Below are positions 24,531 to 38,124 of a DNA stretch of 64,000 nt, one piece after another. Numbering within the stretch: the first letter of the stretch is position 1; each line of letters begins with the position of its first letter. Location: assembly GCA_951406725.2 (NCBI GenBank), contig OX597814.1:124124001-124188000 (forward strand), read 5' to 3'. Both the position numbers and the translations under genes were made by a program. The DNA comes from Octopus vulgaris (lineage: Eukaryota). The notes under the pieces are model-generated. The model saw nothing but the letters and a program-made list of their open reading frames with translations, made no database searches and was not told where the DNA came from.

Positions 24531-24694
24531 ACAGTAAACAATCCAGAGCAGCTCAGTCTCCTTGTTTGCACACTACTTCTGCTTCCTCCTCTTGCATCCA
24601 GTTTTTGTCTCATCATATTTGTGCTCCATCATTAAACACACTAACATTTTACATCTTGTAGAGTAGGTACACTTTATACCTTAAATAAAAAATA

Positions 24695-24945
24695 AATGTT
24701 CCTTCTCGAGCCATGTCAGGCTCATAAGGGCCAGTTTCCCAGTTTCAGTAGCGTAGAAATTCCCCACCTGGACAGGACGCTGGTCCGTCACAGGATTAAT
24801 CACTTTTGCCTGATTAGTAGACTGGAGCAACATGAAATGAAGTGTTTTGCTCAAGAACACAACACATTGCCCGGTCCAGGAATCGAAACCACAACCTTAC
24901 AATCATGAGTTCAACACCCTAACCACTAAGCCACGTGCATCCACT
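24695..24945 (-). mobile_element. tRNA-derived SINE family E
   Basis: Reverse-complement similarity to the 33540 head. Confidence 0.72.
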
Positions 24946-25706
24946 ACTTTATACCTTACCAGCCATTATACACTCTTTGTATTCAGTGCTGGTGTTTCAC
25001 TGCCCTGCAGTATTACACTTTGCACACAAGCATCATATATTCTGCCTTTCACTTGGAGAAAGAATCCCTTTATTCTCAGCTTCTTAACCCTTTAGCATTT
25101 AAACTGGCCATATCTGGCCCAAATATTCTACGTGTTTTATGCTAAAACTAACTAGTTCAGGCCTCTCACACCTACCTTGCAATGTCTTTCTGAAAATAAA
25201 CAATCATATCATCGAAATATCAATGCTTGAAGATAATACAGGATTAATTTTATAAATCATCGTCATTTCATTGTTCAATGTCTGCTTTCCATGTTGGCAT
25301 GGGTTGAATGGTTTGACCAGGGCTGGTGAACTAAGGGGTTGCACCAGGCCCCAATCTGATTTGGCACAGTTTTTACAGTTGGATGCCCTTCCTAATGCCA
25401 ACCAATCCAAGAGTGTAATGGGTGCTTTTACATGCCACTGGCATGAGTGTCTGTTGCATAACACCAGTATCTGCTGCAACTACGATTTTACTTGGCTTGA
25501 TGGGTCTTCTATTCAAGCACAGCATATTGCTGAGAATAAATAAATATTAAATATGACAGAGTAATCTGAATACTAAGACTTAAACTGTTTCTATTCCATC
25601 CTCATCCCAGCTACTGTTGGAGTACTCACCTCCGCTGCTAATTAAGTCACTTAAGCACTATCATCTAAGAGGGAGCCTTTATAGTGTTTGATAAAAATTT
25701 ATTCTA

Positions 25707-26145
25707 CTGGAGTGGCTGTGTGGTAAGTAGCTTGCTTACCAACTACATAGTTCCTGGTTCAGTTTCACTGCATGACAACTTGGGCAAGTGTCTTTTACTA
25801 TAGCCTTGGGCCGATCTATGCCTTGTGAGTGGATTTGGTAGATTGCATGGTTGCCAGTCGGATGGTACTGGCATCGTTCATGACTATGATTTCACTCAGT
25901 TGAACACAAAGAATATATATTTGTGTGTGTGTGTTTATGCCTTTGTTTGTCCTCCCCTCCCCACCATTGCTTGACAGCTGATGTTGGTGTGTTTACGTCC
26001 CCGTAACTTGGCAGTTCGGCAAAAGAAACTGACGGAATAAGTACTAGGCTTACAAAGTATAAGTCCTGGGGTCAATTTGCTCGACTAAAATGTGGCGTTC
26101 CAGCATGGCCGTAGTCAAATGACTGAAACAAGTAAAAGAGTAAAA
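25707..26145 (+). mobile_element. SINE family A
   Basis: Similarity to the other copies. Confidence 0.8.
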
Positions 26146-26574
26146 GGTGCTTTTACTGCTTATTATTCCTGTACATCTATCACATAAAACCACTTCTGTC
26201 TCTGTTGTCTTGCCTGTAGCACTGTACGTGCACTAAAACCTAAAGATGATACTACACAGACACACACACATGCAGAATAATGTACAACCACAGACTACTG
26301 CTTGGATACAGCAGTTGACACATACATGGAGCATGGCTGTGTGGTTAAGAAGCTTGCTTTGCAGCCATGCAGTTTTGGGGTTCAGTCTCACTATACAGCA
26401 GCATGGGCAAGTGTCTTCTACTATACTCTGGGTTAACTAATGCCTTATGAGTGAATTTGGTATTCATACACACACACATACACCATCATTATTATCATCA
26501 TCATCATTTAACTTCTGTTCTCCATGCTGGCACGGCATGGTATGTATGTATGAATGTATGTATACTCTTTACTC

Positions 26575-26796
26575 TTACTCTCTTTTACTTGTTTCAGTTA
26601 TTTGATTGTGGCCATGCTGGAGCACCGCCTTTAGTCGAGCAAATCAACCCCAGGACTTATTCTTTGTAAGCCTAGTACTTATTCTATTAGTCTCTATTGC
26701 TGAACTGCTAAGTTATGAGTATGTAAACACACCAGCATCAGTTGTCAAGCGATGTTGGGGGGACAAACACAGACACACAAACACACATATATACAT

Positions 26797-26883
<87 letters not shown>

Positions 26884-27042
26884 GGCTTCTTTCAGTTTCC
26901 GTCTCCCAAATCCACTCACAAGGCTTTGGTCGGCCCGAAGCTAGAGGAGAAGATACTTGCCCAAGGTGCCACGCAGTGGGACTGAACCCGGAACCATGTG
27001 GTTGGTAAGCAAGCTACTTACCACACAACCACTCCTGCACCT
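26575..27042 (-). mobile_element. SINE family A
   Basis: Similarity to the other copies. Confidence 0.82.
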
Positions 27043-27432
27043 TATGTATGTATGTATATATGTATGTATGTATGCATGTCTTTGCGGTTGTGTTTGTCTG
27101 CCTGCCACTGCCTGACAATAGGTGTTGGTTTCTTTTCATCTCCGTAACTTAGCAGTTCAGCAAAAATGGACTGATTGAATAAGTACTAAGGCTCAATTTG
27201 TTTGAATGAACCCTTCAAGGTGGCGCCCCAGTATGGTCATAGTCTAATGACTGAAACAAGTAAAAGATAAAAAATAAAGAAACACAGAAGATTGGACATG
27301 AGCAGAAGACTACACATTCAGAGGAGACTTGACAACGACACAAAATACTATACATACATACAATTCTGTAAAATATATATGTGTATATATATATACACAC
27401 ACACATATATATACATACACACACACACACAA

Positions 27433-27463
<31 letters not shown>

Positions 27464-28539
27464 GAAAATTGTGCAAACACTAAAGACTGTCTATATATTG
27501 GAAGAAGAACGCACACACAATATAACATATATACACAGAAGTCTGCACATAGATTACTGTGCACACACAAACACGCACACACATGCACGCACACACAGAG
27601 AAAACTATGCACACACAAAACACTATATTATACACAGTTCAGACCATAAATTTACAATCATTAGGGGAAATGAAACTTTCTTCTTGTACAGGAACCCAAT
27701 AATTTAGACTGTCAAGAATGTCGTTAAATTGAGTATGTAAGATCTCTAGATTTTTCTAGCAGTTTCAAAAATCATTAAAGAATCTTAAAACTTTCTCCTA
27801 AATTTGAAGTAACATGACACTTGTTCCACTGTTTATATCATGATAATGAAGTATCCCGATTATGTAAAGGACTGATTCTAAGAAGTGAATTCTTTTTATC
27901 TCAAATATCACTAAAAGCATAACAATTTGAGCCGATGAATGAGCTACTTTGTGATCATTCAACATGTTAGAAGCAACAACTGAAGCTCCATCAAATCACA
28001 CTTTTACTGTTTTAAAAGCAAAACGCCACATTTGATAATAATCTATAGATTTCAGCCAATATTCTATGTATAGACAGATGTAAACATCTTGTCTTTCATC
28101 ATCATCATCATCATCGTTTAACGTCCGTTTTCCATGCTAGCAATGGGTTGGACAGTTCGACCGGAGTCTGGGAAGCCAGGAGGCTGCACCAGGATCCAGT
28201 CTGATCTGGCAGTGTTTCAACAGCTGGATGCCCTTTCTAACGCCAACCACTCCGTGAGTGAAGTGGGTGCTTTTTACATGCTACCGGCACAGGTGCCAGG
28301 GGAGGCTGGCAACGGCCACAATCGGTTGGTGCACGTGCAGGCATGCATGTGTGGTTAAGTATTTTGCTTCTCAGCCACATGGTTCTAGGTTCAGTCCCAC
28401 TGTGTAGCATCATACACAAGTGTCTTCTACAGTAGCCCTGAGGCAACTGAAGCCTTGTGAGTGGATTTGGTTGATGGAAACTGAAAGAAGCCTGTTAATG
28501 TATGAATGTATGCATGTGTATATTACTTTGTCTTCACAT

Positions 28540-28749
28540 ACTCTTTTACTCTTTTAGTCGTTTCAGTCATTTGACTGCAGACATGTTGGAGCACTGCTTT
28601 TAGTCGAGCAAATCGACCACAGGACTTATTCTTTGTAAGCCTAGTACTTATTCTATTGGTCTCTTTTGCCGAACTGCTAAGTTATGGGGCTGTACACACA
28701 CCAGCATCGGTTGTCAAGTGATGTTTGTAGGGCTGAACACAGACACACG

Positions 28750-28789
<40 letters not shown>

Positions 28790-28990
28790 CACACACACAC
28801 ATACACACACACACACACACACACATACGATAGGCTTCTTTCAGTTCAGCCTACCAAATCCACTCAGGAGCTTTGGTCAGCCCAAGGCTATAGTAGAAGG
28901 CACTTGCTCAAGGTGCCATGCAATGGGACTGAACCCCAAACCATGTGGTTGGTAAGCAAGCTACTTACCACTCAGCCACTCCTGCGCCTC
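28540..28990 (-). mobile_element. SINE family A
   Basis: Similarity to the other copies. Confidence 0.8.
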
Positions 28991-29699
28991 ATAGGGTAGT
29001 TGTAAATGAATGTCACTGTCATACAAGCAGTGTCATTTGGTTCCAATATTCTGAAAATGTCTGGCCATGAGGAAATATTAACTTGCTTGACAACAACAAC
29101 AACAACACAACAACCACCAAATGACATCAGTTAATGACAAACTATCTCTATTGTGTACTGAAAGAGCTCTGGAATTGTCATTGCTTTGGTCATTTGTTTT
29201 CTGTCTAGTCCAACTGAGACAACTCTCAATTGTCTACTTATCAGTTCCTGGAATATCCAGCTTACCATTTTGATATTATCTTGAATCTATTCTCCATCAT
29301 CCATGTTCCTGTCATCTCCACTTATCTCACATCAAGATTTCTACATCCCTCGTTATTTGACATTTGCAGGGTTATGGTGCTAGGATCTAATTGCGCCATT
29401 CCCTGCCAGATCCCCCAAATAAAGAAATGGTGTATAAGTATCTGTTTAGTCAGAGGATTTAAACCAAGAAAAATAATTGAATAGACTGTAATGTGGAAAT
29501 CAGAAATGGTAAAAATACAGATGGAGAAGAAACTCGTAAAAAATCCATAGATCCCACAGATATACAGAAGATTGAAATTAAAAATGATGTGAGTAAATAA
29601 GATGTCCAAGAAAGATAACAAAAAATGCAAATACTACCAGCCCTACCATTACTAAAGGCAATAATAGAACTGAAGGAAGGTCACTCCATTGATCATCTC

Positions 29700-30055
29700 T
29701 AGAAATGGAATTTGTAGTTTGTGGTACCAGTGCCGGTGGCACATAAGAGAACCATCCAAACGTGGCCGTAGCCAGAACCGCATCGACTGGTCTCCGTGCC
29801 GGTGGCACATAAAAAACACCATCCGAGCGTGGCCGTCTGCCAGCCTCGTCTGGCACCTGTGTCGGTGGCACATAAAAAGCACCCACTACACTCACGGAGT
29901 GGTTGGCGTTAGGAAGGGCATCCAGCTGTAGAAATACCGCCAGATCTGACTGGCCTGGTGCAGCCTTCGGGCTTCCCAGACCCCAGTTGAACCGTCCAAC
30001 CCATGCTAACATGGAAAGCGGACGTTAAACGATGATGATGATGATGATGATGATT
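29700..30055 (+). mobile_element. Family C (RTE 3' UTR) copy
   Basis: Similarity to the other copies. Confidence 0.8.
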
Positions 30056-30069
30056 TTTAGTTTTGTAAT

Positions 30070-30474
30070 ATCTATTTCTTTACTACCCACAAGGGGACAA
30101 ACATGGACAGACAAATGGATTAAGTCGATTACATCGACCCCAGTGCGTAAATGGTACTTAATTTATCGGCCCTGAAAGGATGAAAGGTAAAGTCAACCTC
30201 GGCGGAATTTGAGCGCAGAATGTAACGGCAGACGAAATACCTATTTCTTTACTACCCACAAGGGGCTAAACACAGAGAGGACAAACAAGGACAGACAAAC
30301 AGTTTAAGTTGATTATATTGACCCCAGTGCGTAACTGGTACTTCTTTAATCGACTCTGAAAGGATGAAAGGCAAAGTCGACCTCGGCGGAATTTGAACTC
30401 AGAACGTAACAGCAGACGAAATACCGCTCAGTATTTTGCCTGGTGTGCTAACGTTTCTGCCAGCTCGCTGCCTT
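30070..30474 (-). mobile_element. SINE family B, internally dimeric
   Basis: Body repeated with a junction near 30240. TSD tttgtaatatct. Confidence 0.82.
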
Positions 30475-31749
30475 CAATTTGTAATATCTTTAAACAAAAT
30501 GTTCTTCTAATTCTTCCTGAAGGATACTTATATGACCCCTGTTTTCCTTAAAGGATTCATCCATCATATTGACTCAGAATCAATTCTGGATTATCCGAAT
30601 AAACTTAAGAAAATATTGATAAGACATTGGTAAGAGAAACTTCTGTAATAATGCATTGGCTAGAATCTAACTATCAATGACCTTAATATGGTCAGCGGAG
30701 ATAAAATATGGAATATTATATTTGCTGGTTGAATGGTTAGCAATAGAAAGGAAGAAGACACATTCAATTGTAAAAGCAAATTGTTCCAACAATTTACAAT
30801 ATGTTCAAATTTTTCGAACATGGCCAACATGTAAAATTAGATGTAAGGCCACAATAATCAAACGATTAAATAAAGAAACAAAATAGAAAATAATTTCAAC
30901 ATAACACATTATTTCCTTCCACCACCGCATGATATTATAACAATATGCTGGTCCCCAAGTTTTGTCAAGATCTCTGGTCTTTAGCCAGAGACAGTAGAAT
31001 TAAAGAGGAACCAAATTTGAGTGTCCCACTATTGATTAGATTTGACATAATATTGTCTGGCAATGCTGTGGTCATTCCAAGCATCTGTCTAGTGCCATAT
31101 ACATGATGATTGATAGTTGAAGAAACTACAAGTCTTCAATTTTCTTTATTGATTCTGGCTCATTTTCAAATAACTAAATGCTTTTACCTAAATCATATGG
31201 GCGGGGACAATTTAAATTTGCTAATCTTCGTTAAGTTCTTTGTAGAAATGTTCCACTAACCCGGTAGAATGCCAATGGGAAATGAGGCTATTGGGAATTT
31301 TCAGAGCAGTGTGTAGAACTGTATGAGTTATTGAGAAGCTAAAGCACAGAGATATATATGAGATTAAATATTGACAGATTTAGCAAAAAAAAAAAGAAGC
31401 TAATTATATTGATTTATTTCAATAATGTTATTAAATAATTCATTCTTCTGGTCATTTAATGAGTGTTTAGGTTTTGAGGTTGAGTTTGTCAATATAAAAG
31501 TCTCAAGACTATAAATGCTGTGATCACATGTTCAAACCTTGCAGTGGTGTTTATAAACTGAGTGATGGAGAATTGATTTTATTTCGAAAAAAATAAAGAA
31601 ATAAAACAAGAAAAATTCCCACAAAATAAAAGTAAACTTCAATTCTCTTGGATTTACAATAATACTAGGCTAACACAGTTCTCTTACATAATCTAGTACT
31701 GCCTCAAAAGTTGCCTGTCCAATGCCTGCCTGTTGCTATACATACAAAC

Positions 31750-31781
<32 letters not shown>

Positions 31782-31813
31782 GTACCTTTATCTATATCTG
31801 TCTGTCTGCTGTC

Positions 31814-31844
<31 letters not shown>

Positions 31845-31846
<2 letters not shown>

Positions 31847-32285
31847 TCTTTTACTTTTTTACTTGTTTCAGTCATTTGACTGTGGCCATGCTGGAGCACT
31901 GCATTTAGTTGAGCAAATCGACCCCAGGCCTTTCTTTGTAAGCCTAGTACTTATTCTATCGGCCTCTTTTGCCAATCCGCTAAGTTATAGGGACGTAAAC
32001 ACACCACCATTGGTTGTCAAGTGATGTTGGGGGGGACAAACACAGACACACAAACATACACACACACACACACACATACACACACACGTACACACACACA
32101 CACACACACATACCTACACATATATATACACATATATGACGGGTTTCTTTCAGTTTCTGTCTACCAAATTCACTCACAAGGCTTTGGTGGACCCGAGGTT
32201 ATAGTAGAAGACACTTGCCCAAGGTGCCACGCAGTGGGACTGAATCCGGAACCATGTGGTTCATAAACAAGCTACTTACCACACA
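31845..32285 (-). mobile_element. SINE family A
   Basis: Similarity to the other copies. Confidence 0.82.
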
Positions 32286-32444
32286 TATATAGCAGTATAG
32301 CAATTGCCGATTGGAAGACACATTTTAGCCATTCAGAAGCACAAGGAGAGCGTTAACTTCACTTAAACATTTATTACTAATATGGTGCCAAAATTTTTGT
32401 TGCTTGAAACTGCAACCTGTTCACTGACAAAATCTTTAGATGCA

Positions 32445-32940
32445 CCACCCTCTCGCTTTCACTCTCCTCCTCCCATCCTCTTTCCATTCCACCTTCCTCC
32501 TCCCACCTTCTTTCCACCTTCTTCCTCCCATCCTCTTGCCATTCCACCCACTCCTCTTCCTTCTTCAACCTCCTCCACCTCCTCCTCCTCCTTTTTGCTT
32601 CCTCCTTCCACCCTCGCCTCCTTCTACCTTTTCCTCCCACCCTCTCTCCTCTTGCTTCCCCCTTCCACCCTCTCCTCCTCTTCATCCCACCCTCTTCTTC
32701 CACCTCCTCTTTCTCCCTCCTCCCCTCCACCTCCATCCACCCTTTCCTCCTCCTCCTTCCACCTCTCTTCCTCCTTCCAACCTCTCTTCCTCCTTCCAGC
32801 TTCTCGTTCCGCCTCTCCCTTTCATGTCTACACCTCATCATCATCATCTGTCCATCCTATTCTTTCCCTCCCCTCTCCCTCCTGCTCTATCACTCCCCGC
32901 TCTATCACTCCCCTCACCTCTCATTCCCATCCTCCTCTTC
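32445..32940 (+). repeat. ~500-nt polypyrimidine (CCT-rich) low-complexity tract
   Basis: Direct inspection. Confidence 0.9.
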
Positions 32941-33358
32941 ACATACTAGTATCTTGAAAAAAAAAATGGATACATTTTGATAACGCAGACTTTTAAATGA
33001 GTGGGTGTGGGGGGGGGGGCAGCAGTGGTGGTCACAACTGGAATATCATCAGTTATAATAGTTCTGCTGACTGGATCAGAGAAAGGGCTGGGGTTAAAAA
33101 CAACAACAACAGCAACAACAACAGCGACAACAGCAAGAAATTTTCAACCTCATTACAGCTACCCAACTGCCCATACCAATATAATTCATTTGTCTTTACA
33201 AAACACAAAACTTTGTCCATTTTCCAAATTATCTCATAGAGTCTAGCAGTCTGTTTGTTCACTTTTGTTCCTTTATACTTACTAATAGATATTCTACTAT
33301 TCATTAAATTCCATTATTTCAAACATTCTGTTTGTTTTGTTATTCTATTATTCTGCAG

Positions 33359-33433
33359 ATCACTCAAGAATGGAGAGAGATTGACTACAACAATGCTGAC
33401 GTTGCAATGATGGCAATCACAAAGATAACAGAT
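33359..33433 (+). CDS. Internal coding exon (phase 0/0) of a BAIAP3/Munc13-4 (UNC13D)-like MUN-domain protein
   Basis: Pyrimidine-rich tract with ttctgcag acceptor and GAT|gtaagt donor. 75 nt encodes ITQEWREIDYNNADVAMMAITKITD, which resembles the (F/W)..L.WPD....AF....K..D helix of Munc13-4/BAIAP3 MUN domains. Joins in frame with the next two exons. Confidence 0.88.
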
Positions 33434-33539
33434 GTAAGTGTTCTGTTGTAGATATACTACAGCTATATCTATATCTAGAACTGCAGTTACCACTACAGGC
33501 CATACTACAATTACAGTATATCTAGAAACACAGTTGGCC

Positions 33540-33870
33540 CTGTGCTTGGCTCAGTGGTTAGAGTGTCAGGTTCACAATCATGAGGTTTTGAGTTCGATTC
33601 CCTGACTGGGCAGGCTGTGTGTTGTGTTCTTGAGCAAGACACTTTATTTCATGTTGCTCCAGTTCATTTAGCTGTAGAAATGAGTTGTGATGTCACTGGT
33701 ACCAAGCTGTATCGGTCCCTTTGCCTTTTGCTTGGAAAACATCAGTGGCATGGACAGGCGAGGCTGGTATGCATGGGCGACTGCTAGTCTTCCATAAACA
33801 ACCTTACCTGGACTTGTTCTTCAGAGGGGAACTTTCTAGGTGCAATCTCATGGTCTTTCATGGTTGATGT
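33540..33870 (+). mobile_element. tRNA-derived SINE family E
   Basis: TGGCTCAGTGGTTAG...GAGTTCGATTCC...GTTCTTGAGCAAGACAC. Relatives at about 10950-11135 (-), 24695-24945 (-), 42995-43190 (+), 53020-53205 (+) and 59050-59168 (-). Confidence 0.78.
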
Positions 33871-35235
33871 ATGGGTCTTTACTTTTTAGTTACAAACTAC
33901 ATCTCCAACCACAAATAAAGTAACTACTACAGCCAAAACTGCAATCCTAACTATAGCCACAGCTACAGATATAACTGAAACTATACCCATGGCTACTATT
34001 GCAACTGTCACCTCAACAGCACTTCCATCTATAGGCAAAACCATTGCCTAATCTACAGCCATGACTACAATTACAGCTACTAACATAATTACACAACACA
34101 AGGATGAGATGATGACTTCAAAAAATTAATCCAAACAGTTGTCTCATGAGCCACGTTTTGTATTAAGCCAACGAAAGGATGAACAGTACAACTTGTACTG
34201 TGAGTCCCAGTCGGTTGGGATTGATTGATCAACCATATCAAAGGTTACTTTTTACTTTTGGCTGTAGGAAAAAAACCCAAAAACCTCATATAATGAAGTC
34301 TAGGTCAAAATAGGAATGAAGTTTCTATATGGTTTTCTATACTGTTGCGGGCAATCAGTGAACCACAGTCTTTAGAACCAGGGTTGGTTATATTTGAAGA
34401 ACAATAAAAGAGCCATAAAGAAGAAAGGGTACATAAGTGTGTTGGAGTAGTGGCAATGAATTTTGGGCAGTATAGGATTTTTTAAGAATACAATGTCCTG
34501 ACAACTAACGACTGATGAGGGTAATTTATAATTTATTTCATGCTTTGACAATACTGAACATGGAAAAAATATTTCTGAAAGCCACAAGTGCTATGTTGGT
34601 CTTTTATTTTAAAAAGATGTAGAGCTACACCATTTTGGTAAGTTATGGAAGTGTGTGTGTAAAAGAGAAGAGGATGTAAAAAAAAGTTAAGGGTGCTTCT
34701 GTTCAAGGGTGTTGTTGCTTGAGGGTGTTATTGCTTCTTTTTGACCAGAAAGGACAGACTGTATATCGTATGTGTGAGAGGCATGATATTATATAGTAAT
34801 GTAATGAAAACAACGAATGTGGAAAATCTGTTAATGGCTTGAGAGAAATATGTTGGATGTGCTGACTGTAGAATTGATTGAGTTGTTGCATATTAAAGAG
34901 ATTGGTTGGTGCATATGTAAGAAAGACAACTGTACTGAGAGGGAAATGTGATGTGAATGGAAAAGGAGCTTTGGATACATTAATTGTGAATGATGCTTGT
35001 GAGTGAAGTAAACAAATGAAGAGATGACAAGCAGTTAGGTAAGATCTTAGAATACTAAGCCTGCGAGATAAGATGATGCAGAACTAAAATGAATGGTAGA
35101 TCTATCCAGCTCATGCTGGCATGAGGAAATGTTTTCTTGATTTACTTTAGGGAAACTTTTGTGATATTCCATCGATAAATTATTTCTTTCTGATATTCTA
35201 AATTCTAATGAAATCTAATAATGATTTTTTGACAG

Positions 35236-35340
35236 TTGATCTGTGATTCTGTCAAGTTTTATGCTGAGAAGATCCATACCATTTTGAGGAACAATAGATA
35301 TTATGATGAACAGGTGCATCACTTTGATGTTAATGATCAG
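35236..35340 (+). CDS. Internal coding exon (phase 0/0) of the BAIAP3/Munc13-4-like gene
   Basis: ttttttgacag acceptor and CAG|gtaaga donor. 105 nt encodes LICDSVKFYAEKIHTILRNNRYYDEQVHHFDVNDQ, matching the 'ICxxxxxYA...F.V' pattern of this family. Confidence 0.88.
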
Positions 35341-35700
35341 GTAAGATATATGACTAATGTTAATAACCAGGTAAGATATGATTAATGTTCAAAGGACTAC
35401 AAAGGGTTTATGACTGACATTAATAACCAGGTAAAATATGACTGATGTTAATGATGTTATAAGATGGCATATTAATGAATAAATAACAAGTGATTGATGA
35501 CCAGTGAACTGGTGAGATATGATTGATATAGTGTTAATGAGAATTCTAATGCTCAGTGATGTTAATTACCAATTAAGATATGATTGAGGTGAGGGATTGG
35601 ATAAAATATGACAAAAATGAGTGATTAATAAAGATAATATTGATGTTAATAACTAGATAAGATATAACCGATGTTAGTAACCTAATAAAATATGAATCAT
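35326..35700 (+). repeat. Degenerate ~28-30-bp tandem repeat whose unit spans the exon 3' end and splice donor
   Basis: Unit GATGTTAATRAYCAG|GTAAGATATGACT, repeated with progressive decay. Confidence 0.8.
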
Positions 35701-35784
35701 TAGAAAAGAGCAAAATTCAGATCAGAAAGCAGCAATGAGTCAGCTGAAAAGCAAAATAACAGTAAGTACTAAAATACACAAACA

Positions 35785-36400
35785 GTCATCATCATCATCA
35801 TCATAATCGTCGTCGTCCTCATCATCGTTTAAGGTCCGTTTTCCATGCTGGCATGGGTTGAATGGTTTGACTGAGGTCTGGAAAGCCAGCGGCTGCACCA
35901 GGCTCCAATCTGATCTGGCCTAGTTTCTACAGCTGGATACCCTTCCTAACACCAACCACTCTGAGAGTGTAGTGGGTGCTTTTTACATGCCACCAGCATG
36001 GGAGCCAGTCAGGGAGCACTGGCATCGGCCACATTCGGATGGTGCTTTTTAGAGCCTCCGGCATGGGAGCCAGTCAGGTGGACCAAGCATTGATCACATT
36101 GAGATAGTGCTTTTTACATGCCACCAGCACGGGAGTCAGTCAGGGGGCACTGCCATCAACCATGTTCAGGTGGTGCTTTTTATGTGCCACCGGCATGGGA
36201 ACCAGTCAGATGGGCCTGGTATTGATCACGTTGAGATAGTGCTTTTTACATTCCACTGGCATAGGAGTCAGTCAGGGGTCACTGGCATTGGCTGCATTCG
36301 CATTCAGATGGTGCTTTTTACATACCACTGGTACAGGAGCCAGCCAGGCAGACCTGGCATTGACCACATTCGGATGGTGCCTTTTACGTGTCACCAGCAA
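35785..36400 (-). mobile_element. Family C copy with about 7 tandem ~66-bp units
   Basis: Unit starts near 35975, 36041, 36107, 36172, 36238, 36310 and 36376. Confidence 0.8.
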
Positions 36401-37992
36401 AATACATACACGTATAAGACAGAAAAGTGAACAGTATAAGAGCCATGAAGAGAAAGGGGTTCATAGGCATGCTAGGAGTAGAGAATTTTGGGAACACAAC
36501 CTTATATACACATACATACACACACACACACACACACATCCATGTGCTCCAAGCCAGCTCCTAGCTAGGCCAGCTTCTGTCAAACTGTACAACCCATGCC
36601 AGCATGGAAAACGGATTTTCAATGATGATGATGATGATGATGATGATACTGTGCACCATTTCTCTTCCTATATCTGGTCCACTATCAGCTGAGAGTAATG
36701 AGCCAGCCTCTTCACTAAAATACACTTCTCTCTCCTCTTCTTCAGGAAATTCCCCCACTTGTACAATTCTCTACTAGATTATTAACCGACTGACAATGAT
36801 GATTCTTCAACAACAAACAGCATATATCTTTAAACATGTCTCAGGCATTATTCCAAGCTGCATACAATTCCACCAAGATTATTTACCATTATCTGCAATT
36901 TCACTGCAACGCACACATCTCTTTCAACTCTCCGCTTTTAACTCTCTTTCTCTCCCTATGTCAGTGTGTGTATGTGTGTATGTGTGTGTGTACACACACA
37001 CACACACTTATTTACATACATACATACAAACATTACTACCTCTATACATATACACACATACGCATATGTATATATATACATACATAGTTAATATGTACAT
37101 ATATACATGTATATTTATATATATATAAATATTTACATATATACATGCGTGTGTGTGTATATATATATAAGTATATATATATATATATATATGTGTGTAT
37201 GTATGTGTGTGTGTATATATACACAAACACACACATAAAAAAGTTCTGTTTCTTTTCGAGCCAAATAAGTCTAACAGATGACACATGCCTGCACACATGC
37301 CTCGTATACACACACACACAACATCCACACACCCACACCCAAACCCCCACACAAACATGCGCACCCCCACACACTTATGCACACAAGCACGGACACATAC
37401 AAAGCAACTGATTCTTTTTAAAATTGGAACCTTATTGCAATGTCGGCTTTGAATGTTCAGTTCTGTTATTGACGGCAATTTTAGGGGAAATGAGAGATGA
37501 GAGTAAATTGAGGCAGGAGCTGAGATATATACTTCAGCATTTTTATTAAGTTCTTTCATGTGTGCATGTGTGCGTACATATATGTATGTGTGTGTGTGTG
37601 TGTGTGTGCGTATATATATATATTAATACGTGTATGTATATAGGTGAGTATATATGTGCTATGACCTTCATAATCATCATCACCATCATGATCATCTTCC
37701 TCATAATGCACACAGTACATTGTATGTATAAATACAGTTGTGTGTAGGTGTATATATGTGTAAGTATATGCTTATGCTTGTGTGTATGCATGCCTGTGTA
37801 CATGTGTGTATATATACATACATATATATGTATATATATATGTATATATATATACACATTGATATCACCGTGACTGACCAGGCTATCAGATGTTGCTACA
37901 CATCGCTGGTCACAATGCGCTTAGCATTGTTTTAGCCTTCAAATGACGCCACCTCGCTGGCTAAGCGAGCAGGCCATATATTTATATATGTA

Positions 37993-38090
<98 letters not shown>

Positions 38091-38124
38091 ATTTGTATGT
38101 AGGTGAGTCATCATCTTAATCATC

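Noticed and set aside
29100-31400. Complex unique-looking sequence, possibly decayed TE coding DNA
   Set aside because: No motif I can identify with confidence. It needs frameshift-aware BLASTX.
35975-36400. CRISPR-like look (conserved core with variable spacers)
   Set aside because: The spacers are homologous to each other, the array is part of a dispersed retroelement UTR, the context is eukaryotic and there are no cas genes.
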